This document shows positions 1 through 11,600 of a DNA stretch of 64,000 nt, piece after piece. The stretch is from Pleomorphomonas sp. Its GTDB lineage: Bacteria; Pseudomonadota; Alphaproteobacteria; Rhizobiales; Pleomorphomonadaceae. The stretch lies in assembly GCA_041687675.1 (NCBI GenBank), contig JAWLBM010000002.1, positions 112,731 through 176,730 of the forward strand, written 5' to 3'. The notes below the pieces were generated by a model. The model saw only the letters and a list, made by a program, of their open reading frames with translations, was not told the DNA's origin and did not search any database. Numbering within the stretch: the first letter of the stretch is position 1; each line of letters opens with the position of its first letter. A program made the translations under genes and the position numbers.

Positions 1-44
1 AGACTTGGAACTTTCCCTGCGCAAAGGCAAGGGCGACGCGCCCG

Positions 45-773
45 TCAGCCCGCCGGCAACTCGACGACCCGCCCGTCCTCGAGGGTGATCCGGCGGTCCA
101 TCCGCCCGGCGAGCTCATGGTTGTGGGTCGCGATCACGGCCGCGAGGCCGGTGGCGCGGACCAGGGCGGCGAGCGCGTCGAAGACGTAGTGAGACGTCTT
201 CGGGTCGAGGTTGCCGGTCGGCTCGTCGGCGAACAGGATCCGCGGCGCATTGGCGACGGCGCGGGCGATGGCGACGCGCTGGCGCTCGCCGCCGGAGAGC
301 TCCGCCGGCAGGTGGGACGCCCGCGGCTGCAGCTTCATGTAGCCGAGCAGTTCCAGCGCCCGCTTCGACGCCTCCTTGCGGTCGAGCCCGGCGATCATCT
401 GCGGGATCACGATGTTGTCGAGCGCGGAGAACTCCGGGAGGAGGTGGTGGAACTGGTAGACGAAGCCGATGTCGCTGCGCCTCACGGCGGTGCGGGCCCG
501 GTCGTCCAGCGCCCCGCAGGACCGTCCGCCGACCATGATGTCGCCGGCGTCCGGCTTCTCGAGCAGCCCGGCGATGTGGAGGAGCGTCGACTTGCCGGCG
601 CCCGACGGCGCGACCAGCGCCGTCATCTCGCCCGGGTAGAGCGAGAAGTCGCAGCCCTTGAGGATCGGCAGGACGCCCTCGCCCTCGCGGTAGGACTTCT
701 CCACCTTGACGAGCTTCAGCACCGGCTCCCGGGTCTCGTTGCCGGCGGGGCGGAGGGGGGACGACTGGTTCAT
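45..773 (-). CDS. lolD: Lipoprotein-releasing system ATP-binding protein LolD (ABC ATPase)
   Basis: C-terminal 242 aa of the 45..3026 ORF (MNQSSPLR...). Walker A GAGKST, signature [14 protein letters not shown], Walker B ILFADEPT. Start ATG at 771-773 overlaps the upstream permease gene by 1 nt. Confidence 0.85.
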   Translation of the reverse strand: MNQSSPLRPAGNETREPVLKLVKVEKSYREGEGVLPILKGCDFSLYPGEMTALVAPSGAGKSTLLHIAGLLEKPDAGDIMVGGRSCGALDDRARTAVRRSDIGFVYQFHHLLPEFSALDNIVIPQMIAGLDRKEASKRALELLGYMKLQPRASHLPAELSGGERQRVAIARAVANAPRILFADEPTGNLDPKTSHYVFDALAALVRATGLAAVIATHNHELAGRMDRRITLEDGRVVELPAG

Positions 774-2044
774 CACTCGTACCTCAGCGCGTCGACGGGA
801 TCGAGGCGGGCGGCGCGCCAGGCGGGATATATGGTGGCGACGAAGGACAGGGCCAGCGCCATGCCGACCACGGTCAGCGTCTCTCCGGCCTCTATGTCGG
901 CCGGAAGGCGGCTGAGGTAGTAGAGTTCCGGCGAGAACAGCTCCGTGGTGGTCAGCCAGGAGACGAACTGGCGGATCTCCTCGACGTTCAGGCAGACGAC
1001 CAGCCCCAACGCGAACCCGGCCACCGTGCCGGCGACGCCGATCGAGGCGCCGGTGATCAGGAACACGCGCATGATCGCCCCCCGGGTCGCGCCCATGGTG
1101 CGCAGGATGGCGATGTCGTGGCTCTTGTCCTTCACCAGCATGGTCATGCCGGAGATGATGTTGAGGGCGGCGACCAGCACGATCAGAGTCAGGATCATGA
1201 ACATCACGTTCCGCTCCACCTCGAGGGCGGCGAAGAAGGTGATGTTGCGCTGGCGCCAGTCGGTCGCGATCGCCGGGCGCCCGGCCGCCTCGACCACCCG
1301 CTCCTTGAGTTCGCCGACGGCGTCCGGGTCCTCGACGAAGACGTCGATGGCGCTGACCGTGTCCGGCATGCTGAAGAAGCGCTGCGCCTCCTCGAGCGGC
1401 AGGAACACGAAGGTGGCGTCGTATTCGGACATGCCGATCTCGAAGATCGCGGCGACGGGATAGGCCTTCACCCGCGGCGTGGTGCCGAGGGCGGTGACGT
1501 TCCCCTTGGGGCTGACCAGGGTCACCCGGTCGCCGACGGAAACCCCGAGGTTGGTGGCGAGGCGGGTGCCGAGGGCGATGCCGCCGCCCTCGTCGAAGCC
1601 CTCCAGCGTGCCCTGCCGCACCGTGCCGGAGACGAGCGGCAGGCTGGCGAGGTCGGCCGCCCGCACCCCGCGCACCAGCGTCCCGAAGGCCCCTGCCGGC
1701 CCGGACGACAGCACCTGCCCCTCGACGAAGGGGAGCGCGCCCTTGACGCCGGGAACAGCGAGGATCCGGGAGGTAACGTCGGCGTAGTCGGTGAGCGGAC
1801 TGTCGATCGCCTGCACCACGATATGGCCGTTGATGCCGAGGATCTTCTCGAGAAGCTGGCCGCGAAAGCCGTTCATCACGGCCATGACGATGATCAGCGT
1901 GGCGACGCCGAGCATGATGCCGACGAAGGAGAAGCCGGCGATCACCGAGATGAACGCCTCCTTGCGGCGGGATTTCAGGTACCGCCCGGCCAGCATCCAT
2001 TCGAACGGGGCGAAGGGCCGCCCTCGTGCGGCACTGCTCATCAA
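773..2044 (-). CDS. lolC: Lipoprotein-releasing system permease LolC/LolE family (FtsX-like)
   Basis: 423 aa. N-terminal TM segment, large periplasmic loop and C-terminal FtsX-like TM bundle. Lies immediately upstream of lolD on the same strand. Confidence 0.8.
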   Translation of the reverse strand: MMSSAARGRPFAPFEWMLAGRYLKSRRKEAFISVIAGFSFVGIMLGVATLIIVMAVMNGFRGQLLEKILGINGHIVVQAIDSPLTDYADVTSRILAVPGVKGALPFVEGQVLSSGPAGAFGTLVRGVRAADLASLPLVSGTVRQGTLEGFDEGGGIALGTRLATNLGVSVGDRVTLVSPKGNVTALGTTPRVKAYPVAAIFEIGMSEYDATFVFLPLEEAQRFFSMPDTVSAIDVFVEDPDAVGELKERVVEAAGRPAIATDWRQRNITFFAALEVERNVMFMILTLIVLVAALNIISGMTMLVKDKSHDIAILRTMGATRGAIMRVFLITGASIGVAGTVAGFALGLVVCLNVEEIRQFVSWLTTTELFSPELYYLSRLPADIEAGETLTVVGMALALSFVATIYPAWRAARLDPVDALRYE

Positions 2045-2110
2045 GACCTCCAGACCGCCCCGGGCGGCGGGAATCGCTGCCGCCGGGGTCCTTCCGTTTC
2101 GACCCGCCGA

Positions 2111-3433
2111 TCAGGCCTTTTCTGTGACGCGGGCGATCGCGGACTCGAGCGACAGCGAGTGCTTCTCGCCCGTGGAGCGGCGCTTCAGCTCCACCACGCC
2201 CTCGGCGAGGCCCTTGGGGCCGACCACGACCTGCCAGGGCAGGCCGACCAGGTCGGCCGTGGCGAACTTGGCGCCGGGCCGGGCGTCGGTGTCGTCGAGA
2301 AGCGGCTCCCGCCCAGCCGCCGACAGCTTCGTGTAGGCGTCCTGGCAGGCCGCGTCCACCGCCGCGTCGCCGGGGCGCAGGTTCAGGACGGCCGCGCCGA
2401 AGGGGGCGACCTGCTCCGGCCAGATGATTCCCGCCTCGTCGTGGTTCGCCTCGATCAGGGCGGCGACGAGCCGCGACACGCCGACGCCATAGGAGCCCAT
2501 GTGGACCGGCCGCTCGACGCCGTCCGGCCCGGCGACGCTCGCGCCCATGGCGTCGGAATACTTGGTCCCGAAGTAGAAGATGTGGCCGACCTCGATGCCG
2601 CGGGCCGACACCCGGCGCTCCTCCGGCAGCGCCGCGAAGGCGGCCTCGTCGTGCATCTCGTCGGTGGCGGCGTATCGGCCGGTGAAGGCCTCGACGATCG
2701 GGGCGAGGTCCGAATCGAAGTCGAGGTCCTCGCCGGGAACCGGCAGTTCCAGGAGGTCGCGGTCGCAGAACACGGCGCTTTCGCCGGTGGAGGCCAGGAT
2801 GATGAACTCGTGGCTGAGGTTGCCGCCGATCGGGCCGGTCTCGGCGCGCATCGGGATCGCCTTGAGGCCCATCCGCTCGAAGGTGCGCAGGTAGGCGACG
2901 AACATCTTGCGGTAGGCGCGCTCCGCCCCGGCCTGGTCGACGTCGAAGGAATAGGCGTCCTTCATCAGGAACTCGCGGCCGCGCATCACGCCGAAGCGGG
3001 GGCGCACCTCGTCCCGGAACTTCCACTGGATGTGGTAGAGGTTGAGCGGCAGGTCGCGGTAGCTCTTCACCGAGGCCCGGAAGATGTCCGTGATCATCTC
3101 CTCGTTGGTCGGCCCGAACAGCATGTCGCGCTCGTGCCGGTCGGTGATGCGCAGCATCTCCTTGCCATAGGCGTCGTAGCGCCCGCTCTCGCGCCAGAGG
3201 TCAGCCGACTGGATCGTCGGCATCAGGAGTTCGACGGCGCCGGAGCGGTCCTGCTCCTCGCGCACGATCTGCTCCACCTTCTGCAGGACGCGCCAGCCGA
3301 GCGGAAGCCAGGAATAGATGCCCGCGGACTGCTGGCGAATCATGCCGGCCCGCAGCATCAACCGGTGCGAGACGATCTCGGCCTCCTTCGGCGTCTCTTT
3401 CAGGATGGGCAGGAAGAAGCGGCTGAGACGCAT
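2111..3433 (-). CDS. proS: Proline--tRNA ligase (alphaproteobacterial short type)
   Basis: [34 protein letters not shown]... is a typical ProS N-terminus with class II aaRS motifs. I chose the start at the internal Met (3433), which has a GAGGA RBS; the ORF track begins 7 codons earlier. Confidence 0.85.
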   Translation of the reverse strand: MRLSRFFLPILKETPKEAEIVSHRLMLRAGMIRQQSAGIYSWLPLGWRVLQKVEQIVREEQDRSGAVELLMPTIQSADLWRESGRYDAYGKEMLRITDRHERDMLFGPTNEEMITDIFRASVKSYRDLPLNLYHIQWKFRDEVRPRFGVMRGREFLMKDAYSFDVDQAGAERAYRKMFVAYLRTFERMGLKAIPMRAETGPIGGNLSHEFIILASTGESAVFCDRDLLELPVPGEDLDFDSDLAPIVEAFTGRYAATDEMHDEAAFAALPEERRVSARGIEVGHIFYFGTKYSDAMGASVAGPDGVERPVHMGSYGVGVSRLVAALIEANHDEAGIIWPEQVAPFGAAVLNLRPGDAAVDAACQDAYTKLSAAGREPLLDDTDARPGAKFATADLVGLPWQVVVGPKGLAEGVVELKRRSTGEKHSLSLESAIARVTEKA

Positions 3434-3841
3434 GGGGTCCTCGCGGTGCGGCAACGCGGCGTGGGTGATCGGGCGTCAGTCAAAGCGCATCGCACCGCAA
3501 AACTCAAGGCCCGCGAACCGGCGGAAAACGGGGCTTCGTGGCCGTGTTCAAGGGGGTCCTCGGCGGGTTCGTCGTTTTTTTGGGCGAGTGTTGCACAAAT
3601 GGATGACAAGGGCAGAAACCGCGTGTATGGTAACCGCCATAAAAAAAGAAGGATGCGCTTTTCCGGAGTAACGGTCCGAACCAATGGCCCCTCGGGAAGG
3701 CAAACTTAAAGCATCTTCGATAAACGCGGTCTGAGTCTTGGGAGGAAAGCCCCGCCGGCGCGGAAATCGCAGCCCCATATTGGATCGATCGGGAGGAAAA
3801 ATCGGTCCGGTGTGAGTTGGGGTCGACACGCGAACTTTGGG

Positions 3842-3875
3842 AAAGCAGGGCCTTGGCCCTGCTTTTTCTTTTCAC
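3842..3875 (+). terminator. Rho-independent terminator (perfect palindrome AGCAGGGCC-TTGG-CCCTGCT followed by TTTTTCTTTT)
   Basis: The hairpin and T-tract are read directly on the plus strand, 180 bp downstream of the smpB stop. It is palindromic, so it could also terminate minus-strand smpB weakly (TTTCCC tract). Confidence 0.6.
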
Positions 3876-4055
3876 GCAAGCGTCACCCCGCAGCGGAAAT
3901 TGAGTCTTGAGTGTTGCCGATCTGTCGCAGGTCCAAGGCAGCCGTGGCCGGGTCCCGACGGATGCCGCGCCCTCCCCCGTCCGGCGCCGAGGCCGGAAAT
4001 CTGCTGACCGGCCGCCCCTGCGCCCCGGATAACCCGAGGGCGGCTCGGAGCGCAG

Positions 4056-4535
4056 CTAGTCCCGCGCCTTCAGGAGGCGGGCCTTCTCGCGGTTCCAGTC
4101 GCGTTCCTTGGAGGTCTGCCGCTTGTCGTGCAGCTTCTTGCCCTGCGCGATCGCGATCTCGCACTTGGCCATGCCGCGGTCGTTGAAGTAGAGGCGCAGC
4201 GGCACGATGGTCATGCCCTCGCGGCGCACGGCGGCGAGCAGCCGGTTGATCTGGCGGCGGTGCAGCAGGAGCTTCCGCGGCCGCCGGGTCTCGTGGTTGA
4301 ACCGGTTGGCCTGCAGGTACTCGGGAATGTAGGCGTTGAACAGGTAGAGCTCGTCGCCCATGGCGCCGGCATAGGCGTCGGACAGGTTTGTCCGCCCCTG
4401 CCGGAGGGACTTCACCTCGGTCCCGGTGAGCTGGATTCCCGCCTCGAGCTTGTCGCCGATGGCGAAGTTGTACCTCGCCTGGCGGTTGTCCGCGACGACC
4501 TTCCGGGGCGGTTCGGCCGCCTTCTTTGCATTCAT
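4056..4535 (-). CDS. smpB: SsrA-binding protein SmpB
   Basis: 159 aa, ...[35 protein letters not shown]...[25 protein letters not shown]. Canonical SmpB fold and length. Confidence 0.9.
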   Translation of the reverse strand: MNAKKAAEPPRKVVADNRQARYNFAIGDKLEAGIQLTGTEVKSLRQGRTNLSDAYAGAMGDELYLFNAYIPEYLQANRFNHETRRPRKLLLHRRQINRLLAAVRREGMTIVPLRLYFNDRGMAKCEIAIAQGKKLHDKRQTSKERDWNREKARLLKARD

Positions 4536-4548
4536 TCCCGAAACGCCT

Positions 4549-5424
4549 TCAGTTGAGCAGCCCCGCGTGCACGAGCGCCCGGCGGAGCGCCGCCTCGGTG
4601 GAGGCCGCGACCGGCACCAGCGGCAGTCGGAGCTCGTTCTGCATCCTGCCGAGCAGCGACAGGGCGAACTTGGCGCCCTGCGGGTTCGGCTCGATGAACA
4701 ACGCCTGGTGCAGCGGGAACAATCGGTCCTGGATCTCCAGCGCGGTCCGGAAGTCGCCGGCGAGGCAGGCGTTCTGGAACTGCGCGCAGAGCGCCGGCGC
4801 GACGTTGGCCGTCACCGAGATGCAGCCGTGCCCGCCATGCGCCATGAAGGCGAGCGCCGTGCCGTCCTCGCCGGAGAGCTGGCAGAAGTCCGGCCCGATC
4901 GCCTCGCGCTGAGCGCTCACCCGCTCGAGCTTCGCCGTGGCGTCCTTGACGCCGACGATGTTCTTCAGCTCGAACAGGCGCGCCATGGTCTCGACCGACA
5001 TGTCGATCACCGAGCGCGGCGGGATGTTGTAGATGATGATCGGGATGCCGACTGCGTCGTTGATCGCCTTGTAGTGCCGGTAGAGCCCTTCCTGGTTGGG
5101 CTTGTTGTAGTAGGGCGTCACCACCAGCAGCGCATTGGCGCCCGCCCGCTCCGCATGGCGGGCGAGGTCGATCGCCTCGAGGGTGTTGTTGGAGCCGGCG
5201 CCGGCGATCACCGGCACGCGGCCGGCTGCCACCTTGATCGCCGTCTCGACCACTTTCTTGTGCTCGTCGTGGCTGAGCGTCGGGCTCTCGCCCGTCGTGC
5301 CCACCGGCACGATGCCATGGCTGCCCTCGGCGACCTGCCAGTCGACGAAGGCCTCGAAGGCCTCCCAGTCGACCGAGCCGTCGCGGAACGGCGTGACGAG
5401 CGCGGTGATCGACCCCTTGAACAT
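4549..5424 (-). CDS. dapA: 4-hydroxy-tetrahydrodipicolinate synthase
   Basis: 291 aa, [13 protein letters not shown]...[14 protein letters not shown]...YNKP... (DapA/NAL family). It is the C-terminal part of the artefactual 959-aa ORF 4549..7428, with ATG at 5422-5424. Confidence 0.88.
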   Translation of the reverse strand: MFKGSITALVTPFRDGSVDWEAFEAFVDWQVAEGSHGIVPVGTTGESPTLSHDEHKKVVETAIKVAAGRVPVIAGAGSNNTLEAIDLARHAERAGANALLVVTPYYNKPNQEGLYRHYKAINDAVGIPIIIYNIPPRSVIDMSVETMARLFELKNIVGVKDATAKLERVSAQREAIGPDFCQLSGEDGTALAFMAHGGHGCISVTANVAPALCAQFQNACLAGDFRTALEIQDRLFPLHQALFIEPNPQGAKFALSLLGRMQNELRLPLVPVAASTEAALRRALVHAGLLN

Positions 5425-5670
5425 GATGCCCCTTGGTCCTGTCCGGCGTGACGTCCGCCGGCCACCCGCCCGGCGATCGGCGGACAATAGAGGCCCCACC
5501 CGGCCGCGACAACTATGGAATTGGCTGGCGGCGGCGGGCGAAGTACGCTCCCTGCGAGTCGATGCCGCCCGCCTGGCTGCGCCGGCACAGTTCCGCCACG
5601 AGCCCGGGGCATCAAGAGGGTCCCGCCGCGCCGGAGCCGCCGGGGGGCGAGAGGGAGCCGGAGCCTGCCG

Positions 5671-7719
5671 ATGACCCGACCCGCTGTCCGACTGCTCGCC
5701 GCCGGCCTCGCCGCCGCGCTGCTGGCGACGACCGCGACCGCAACCCCGTTGCCGGTGCCGAAGCCCGAGCCGACTGCGCCCGTCCCCGCGCCCGTGAGCT
5801 TCGAGGACAAGGCGATCTCCGCGGTCCGCCTCGCCGTCTCGGCGCTCGACCTCAACGACCTTTCCGGCGCGATGGCCGCCGTTGCCAAGAGCGGCGCCCT
5901 CGAGCGGGATCTCGTCACCTGGCTCGCCATCCGCCGCCAGGTCTCCGGGCTGACGCCGCAGGCGATCGAGGACTTCGCCAAGCGCAATCCGCACTGGCCG
6001 ACGACATCGCTGTTCCGCTATCGCTCGGAGCAGGCGCTGCTCCGGATGGACCTCTCCCCGAAGCAGCTTGTCCAGGCCTTCGCCGGGTCGCCGCCGGTCT
6101 CCGACGAGGGGATCCTCGGCCTCGCCCGCGCCGAGATCGCGCTCGGCCGCAAGGCGGAGGCGGCGAAGCTCCTTACTCCCTGGTGGGCGCGCGAGACGCT
6201 GTCGCCCGACCGCGACCGGCGCGTCGTCGAGGAGTTCGGCGAGGTGCTCGACAAGGCCGCCCACAAGGCGCGGTTCGAGATGCTGATGTACGCCGACCGG
6301 GTGGAGCAGGCCCGGCGGCTGGCGCCACTCGTCGGCAAGGACTACGCCGCCCTGGTCGAGGCCCGGTCCGCGGTGCTGCGCGGCATGCCCGATGCCGGGC
6401 GCAAGCTCGACGGCGTCGCCGGCGAGGCCCGCACCGATCCGCTGCATGCCTATACGCTCGCCGAGTGGCTCCGCCGCTCCGACCGCAACGAGGAGGCCGC
6501 CAAGGCCCTGATGAAGGTGCCGGCGGAAGCGATCGCGCCGGCGCATGCCGACGCCTGGTGGGTCGAGCGGCGGATCATCTCGCGCGGGCTGGCCGAGGAG
6601 GGCAAGGCCGCCCTCGCCTACGAACTCGCGGCCGCGCAGCGGGGCGGGAACCCCGAGACGGTGGCCGAGGCGCATTTCCACGCCGGCTGGTATGCCCTGC
6701 GGTTCCTCGACGACCCGGCCAAAGCGCGGCGGCACTTCGCCGACCTGCAGAAGTCGGTGACGCTGCCGCTCAGCCGCTCGCGCGCCGCCTACTGGCTCGG
6801 CCGCACCGAGGAGGCCGCCGGCAACGTCGAGGCGGCGCGGGCGCACTACCGAGTCGCCGCCGCCGACGAGGCCACCTTCTACGGGCAGCTCGCCCATGTG
6901 AAGCTCGGCCGCGACCGGCTGGCGATGCCGCCCGTCCCGGAGCCGACCGCGGAGGACCGCCTCGCCTTCGCCCGCAACGACCTCGCCCGCGCCACCATCC
7001 TGCTGGTCGAGGCCGGCGCGCCGGGCGAGATCTCGCCGCTGGTCAACGAACTCGCCCGCCAGCTTCCCTCCGGCGGCCAGGTCGCCCTGCTGGCCGAATG
7101 GCTGTCGCGCCGCGGCGACCACCGGACGGCGCTGCAGGTCGGCAAGCTCGCCGCCGACCGCAACCTCGGCACCGAGCGCCTCGCCTTCCCGATCGACGCC
7201 ATCCCGCGCGACATCGGCGAGACCTCGGTGGAGCCCGCCATGATCTACGCCATCGCCCGCCAGGAGAGCGCCTTCCACACCGGCGCCGTGAGCCACGCAG
7301 GCGCCATGGGGCTCCTCCAGCTTCTGCCCGGCACCGCCCGGGAGACCGCCCAGAGCCTCGGGCTGCCCTTTTCCGCCCATCGCCTCACCCGCGACCCCGA
7401 CTACAACGCGACCCTCGGCGCCGCCCATCTCGGCGAGCTCGTGCAGCGCTTCGGCGGCTCCTACATCCTCGCCTTCGCCGCCTACAACGCGGGCCCGCGC
7501 CGGGCGCTGGAGTGGATCGAGCGCTTCGGCGACCCGCGCGACCCCGCCGTCGATCCCGTCGACTGGATCGAAAGAATTCCCTTTGGCGAAACTCGCAGCT
7601 ATGTTCAGCGGGTGACCGAGAACCTTCAGGTCTATCGCGAGCGCCTGGACGAGTCCGCGAGGCTCGCGATCGCCGATGATCTTTTGCGCGGACCGGATCG
7701 TCAGGAGGCAGTGCGTTGA
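5671..7719 (+). CDS. Soluble lytic murein transglycosylase (Slt family), secreted
   Basis: Signal peptide [24 protein letters not shown], superhelical TPR-like N-domain, and C-terminal SLT domain ([33 protein letters not shown]...AYNAGP). The start was taken at the signal-peptide Met within the 5515..7719 ORF. Confidence 0.8.
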   Translation: MTRPAVRLLAAGLAAALLATTATATPLPVPKPEPTAPVPAPVSFEDKAISAVRLAVSALDLNDLSGAMAAVAKSGALERDLVTWLAIRRQVSGLTPQAIEDFAKRNPHWPTTSLFRYRSEQALLRMDLSPKQLVQAFAGSPPVSDEGILGLARAEIALGRKAEAAKLLTPWWARETLSPDRDRRVVEEFGEVLDKAAHKARFEMLMYADRVEQARRLAPLVGKDYAALVEARSAVLRGMPDAGRKLDGVAGEARTDPLHAYTLAEWLRRSDRNEEAAKALMKVPAEAIAPAHADAWWVERRIISRGLAEEGKAALAYELAAAQRGGNPETVAEAHFHAGWYALRFLDDPAKARRHFADLQKSVTLPLSRSRAAYWLGRTEEAAGNVEAARAHYRVAAADEATFYGQLAHVKLGRDRLAMPPVPEPTAEDRLAFARNDLARATILLVEAGAPGEISPLVNELARQLPSGGQVALLAEWLSRRGDHRTALQVGKLAADRNLGTERLAFPIDAIPRDIGETSVEPAMIYAIARQESAFHTGAVSHAGAMGLLQLLPGTARETAQSLGLPFSAHRLTRDPDYNATLGAAHLGELVQRFGGSYILAFAAYNAGPRRALEWIERFGDPRDPAVDPVDWIERIPFGETRSYVQRVTENLQVYRERLDESARLAIADDLLRGPDRQEAVR

Positions 7720-8594
7720 CCCGGATCCTGGAATGGACCGCCGCGGACGGCACCACCATCGCCGCCCGCCTGCACGGGCCTGAGACCTCGCCGCACCGGC
7801 CTGTCGTCTGCCTGCCGGGCCTCACCCGCAACGGCCGCGACTTCGAGGCGATCGCCGAGGCCCTCGCCTCCGGCGACCGGCCTCGCCGGGTGCTGGCGGT
7901 CGACTTCCGCGGCCGCGGCCGCTCCGGCCGGGCGGACCCGTCGACCTACCGGATCGACGTCGAGGCGGCCGACGTGCTGGCCGGGCTCGACCGGGTCGGC
8001 TGGGCCGAACCCGCCTTCCTCGGCACCTCGCGCGGGGGCCTCGTCACCATGCTGCTGGCCGCGACGGCGCCCGGCCGGGTCGGCCCGGCGGTGCTCAACG
8101 ACATCGGGCCGGTGATCCCGACCGCGAGCCTGATCGACATCCGCGCCCGCATGGCCGCCGCCCGCGGCGAGCCGCCGGCCGGCTGGGACGAGGCGGCCGA
8201 GCGGCTGAGAAGCTCCCTCGGCGAGGCGTTCCCCGGGCTCGAGGACGAGGGCTGGCACCGCTTCGCCCGGCAGACCCACGCCGAGGACGAGGCGGGGCGG
8301 CCGGTCCTTGACTACGATCACCGCCTCGCCGACGCCTTCGCCGCCTTCGACCCGGAGGTCGGCTACCCGCCCATGTGGGACCTGTTCACGGCGCTGGCGC
8401 CGCGGCCGGTGATGGCGATCCGCGGGGAACTCTCCGACCTCCTCTCTGAGGAGATCCTCGCCGGCATGCGCGAGCGGATGCCGGACCTCGAGATCCATCG
8501 GGTGCCCGGCGAAGGGCACGCGCCGCTCCTCTGGGACGAGCCGACCATCGCGGCCGTCCGGCGCTTCCTCGACGAGGCGGACGCGGCGGCCTGA
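7716..8594 (+). CDS. Alpha/beta hydrolase fold protein
   Basis: 292 aa with GTSRGG nucleophile-elbow-like motif and HGP...[16 protein letters not shown] start preceded by AGGAGG 8 nt upstream; overlaps the slt stop by 4 nt. Confidence 0.6.
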   Translation: MTRILEWTAADGTTIAARLHGPETSPHRPVVCLPGLTRNGRDFEAIAEALASGDRPRRVLAVDFRGRGRSGRADPSTYRIDVEAADVLAGLDRVGWAEPAFLGTSRGGLVTMLLAATAPGRVGPAVLNDIGPVIPTASLIDIRARMAAARGEPPAGWDEAAERLRSSLGEAFPGLEDEGWHRFARQTHAEDEAGRPVLDYDHRLADAFAAFDPEVGYPPMWDLFTALAPRPVMAIRGELSDLLSEEILAGMRERMPDLEIHRVPGEGHAPLLWDEPTIAAVRRFLDEADAAA

Positions 8595-8608
8595 GCCGCC
8601 GCCTCCCC

Positions 8609-11600
8609 TCAGCGCAGCGGGCCCTCGACCACGAGCCGGCCCGAACCGGTCCGCGCCCGCATCTCCGGCCGGTACATGTCCTCGACGATGGCCGCGGGCC
8701 AGGCGAAGTCGCCGGGGGCGACCGCCCGGACCATGTAGCCGACCGAGAAGGCGCCCATGCCGGCCTGGTCGACGGCGGTCAGGAAGCGGTCGGCGCGGAA
8801 CTCGCTCGCCGCCGTCTTCGGCAGGAGGTCGAGCCATGAGAGGCTGGCGACGTCGGCGCCGGAGAGGAGGTTCGGGTTGTCGATGACGAAGCCCGCGGGC
8901 AGCGGGTCGTCCACCATCAGCCGGGCCTCGGCCGACGTCATCCCCTCCACCGTCAGGACCATCACCAGCCGGGTGCCGAGCGGCATCGGCGCGGCGAGGT
9001 CCACCTCGTTGCCGTCGAGGTCGTAGGCGCGGCGGGAGATCGAGTAGCCGCGGCCGCCCGCCGGGTCCGGCGTCACCGGCACGCCGGCGACCGTCACCCG
9101 CGCGTCCACCGGATAGGGCGCCAGGTTCCTGAGGACCACCGGACCCGGCGCCAGGTCCGCCGCCTCGAAGCCGGCGGTGTAGACGCCCTCGCGGCGGACG
9201 CCGTTCACCTCGACGGAGGGCTTGCGCCCGTCGACGAGCAGCGCGTTGGCGGCGAGCAGCAGCCAGGTCTTCTCCTGCGTGCTGGTGTGCTGGACGTCGC
9301 CGGCGAGGCCGCGCACCGTTTCGACGAGCGAGTCCACGTCGGTGGAGGCGGCCCGGGTCTCCGACACCAGCGTCAGCATCGCCGCCCCGTCGCGCAGCAC
9401 GGTTCCGTAGTCAGCGCGCCATCCGGCGCCGCCGGCCTTCGCCGCCAGCGCGTCGCGGGCGGCGCGGAAGGCGCGGTCGGCACCCGCGGCGTCGCCGTAG
9501 AGGGCGAGCGCCGCGCCGATCTGGGCCTTGGCGAGCGGGGTCGTGAAGGCGTCGAGCTTCACCTCGGCGTAGTAGCGCAGGTCCCCGACGGCGGCCCGGC
9601 CGTTCCGCGCCAGCACGTAGAGGCCGTAGGCGATCGCCTCGCCGCCCTCGGTGAAGTCCTGGGCGTAGGAGAGGCGGTTGCGCAGGTTGGTCAGCGCCAG
9701 TTCGAGCGCGACCGGCGGCACGTCGTAGCCCTTCTCCTTCGCCCGGGTGAGGAAATCGGAGACGTAGGCGCTGAGCCAGGCGTCGCCGTCCCAGTCCGGC
9801 TGCCAGAGGCCGAAGCTGCCGTTCGCCGATTGGTTGACCAGCACCGCCTCGATGGCCTTCTGCACCCGTTCCCGGACCGGCGCGCCGTCCTCAAGGCCGG
9901 CGGCGAGGATCACCTCGTCGAGGTAGACGAGCGGCAGCGCGCGGCTGGTGATCTGCTCGGCGCAGCCATAGGGGTACCTGTCGAGCGCGCGGACGAGCCC
10001 CGGCAGGTCGATCCCGGCGAGGCTGCCGACCGTGACCGTCGCCGCCGCCGTGCCGGGGACGAAGTCGGAGAGGAGATCGGCGTCGACGGTGAGCGCACCG
10101 CCGCCGGCCGCAAGCTCCAGGTCCGAGACGCGGACGGTGGGCGGCTCGTTCGCCCTGACCGGCAGCGTCAGCGTGCGCGTCAGCACCTCGCCGCCCGGAA
10201 CGGTGAGCGCCACCGTGAGCGTCTCGTCGCCGACCCCCCTCGCCTCGAGCGGCACCAGCACGCTCGCGCTCGACCTGTCGGCGAGGGTGAGGGTGCGATC
10301 GGCGAAGGCCTCGTCGACGCCGACGAGGTCGCCGGCGGCGCGGACCGCCAGGCGGAACTCTCCGCTCGGTCCGGTCACATGGGTGAGGTCGAGCCGCAGC
10401 CGGCTGCTGTCGCCGGGGGCGAGGAAGTTCGGCAGCGCCGCCTGCACCACCACAGGGTCGCGCACCAGCACGTCCGCCGAGCCGTGGCCGACGCCGCGGG
10501 CGGACCAGGCCATCGCCATGACGCGGACGGTGCCGTTGAAGTCCGGCAGGTCGAAGCTGGCGCGGACCTTCCCGTCCTCGCCGGCGCGGGTCACGCCCTG
10601 GAAGAAGGCCACGAGCGTCTCCATCGGCGGCGGCCCGACCAGCCGGGCGATGCCGGCGCCGTCGCCGCCGGAGCGGACCTCCCCGCGCGTGCCGATGGTG
10701 GTGTCGATCAGCCGGCCGTAGAGGTCGCGGATCTGCATGCCGAGGCTGCGGCGGGCGAAATACCAGTCGTCCGGCGCCGGCGGCTCGAAGCCGGTGAGGT
10801 TGAGGATGCCCGCGTCGACGGCGGCGAGGGTGACGAATACCTCCTCCCCCGCCCGGGCCGACGGCAGGTCGATCTCGATCGGCAGCGGCCCGCGCGGACG
10901 CACCTCGTCCGGCACGGCGACCTCGACCTCCAGCCGGCGCTCCGCCGGGTCCACCCCGGCCCAGGCAAGGCCGAGCGCCCGCTGCGGCATCCGCCCGGCC
11001 GGGACGTCGAGCGGCCGGATCAGCTCGGCGGTGACATAGGCGCCGGGGCCCCACTCGCCAGTGACGGGGAAGCTCGCCGTGCCGCCCTCCTCGCCGACGT
11101 CGATCACCTGCATGTCGATCAGCCGGTCGTCCACCACCGACACGATGGCCTTTCCGGGGAAGCGCGGCAGGATGCGGGCGGTGAGCCTGTCGCCGACCGC
11201 ATAGGCCGGCTTGTCGAGGGACACCTCGAGGATGTCCGGCGCGGGGTCCGCCCCCGGCGGGACGTACCAGCCGGAGTAGAAGCGGAAGCTCGCCGGGACG
11301 AGCTGGCCCGACGGATCCTCGACGGCGAGGCGGTACTCGCCCCAGTCCGTCGCCGCCTCGATCGCGGCCGCCCCTTCGGCCGGGGTGTCGACGCTGCCGG
11401 AGGCGACGCGCTCCGTGGTCTCCAGCAGCCGGTAGGTCCAGCTGCCGCCGTCGCGGTACCACTGGTAGCGCTTGTCGATCCGCGACAGCGTCCAGGCGAG
11501 GCCGGAGGCGGCGACGCGTCGGCCGTCCGGGCCGAAGGCGGCGAGCTCGAATCGGGCCGGCGCCCCCTCGCGGACCGTTTGCTCGAAGCCCGGCTTGACG

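Noticed and set aside
45-3026. 993-aa ORF on the minus strand spanning lolD, lolC and proS
   Set aside because: Only its last 242 codons (lolD) read as a real protein. The rest is Arg/Gly/Pro-rich low-complexity translation, lying antisense or out of frame to lolC and proS. It is a typical open-frame artefact of ~70% GC DNA.
3434-4055. tmRNA (ssrA) expected near smpB
   Set aside because: I could not find the alphaproteobacterial tag-coding sequence (GCNAACGACAAC...-type) or a tmRNA tRNA-like domain in the proS-smpB spacer. In two-piece-tmRNA lineages ssrA is usually not linked to smpB. I kept the region only as a generic sRNA candidate.
4549-7679. 959-aa and 748-aa ORFs overlapping dapA and slt
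   Set aside because: dapA (291 aa) is only the C-terminal end of the first. The remainder, and the second ORF, are out of frame to slt, which has a signal peptide and an SLT domain in its own frame.
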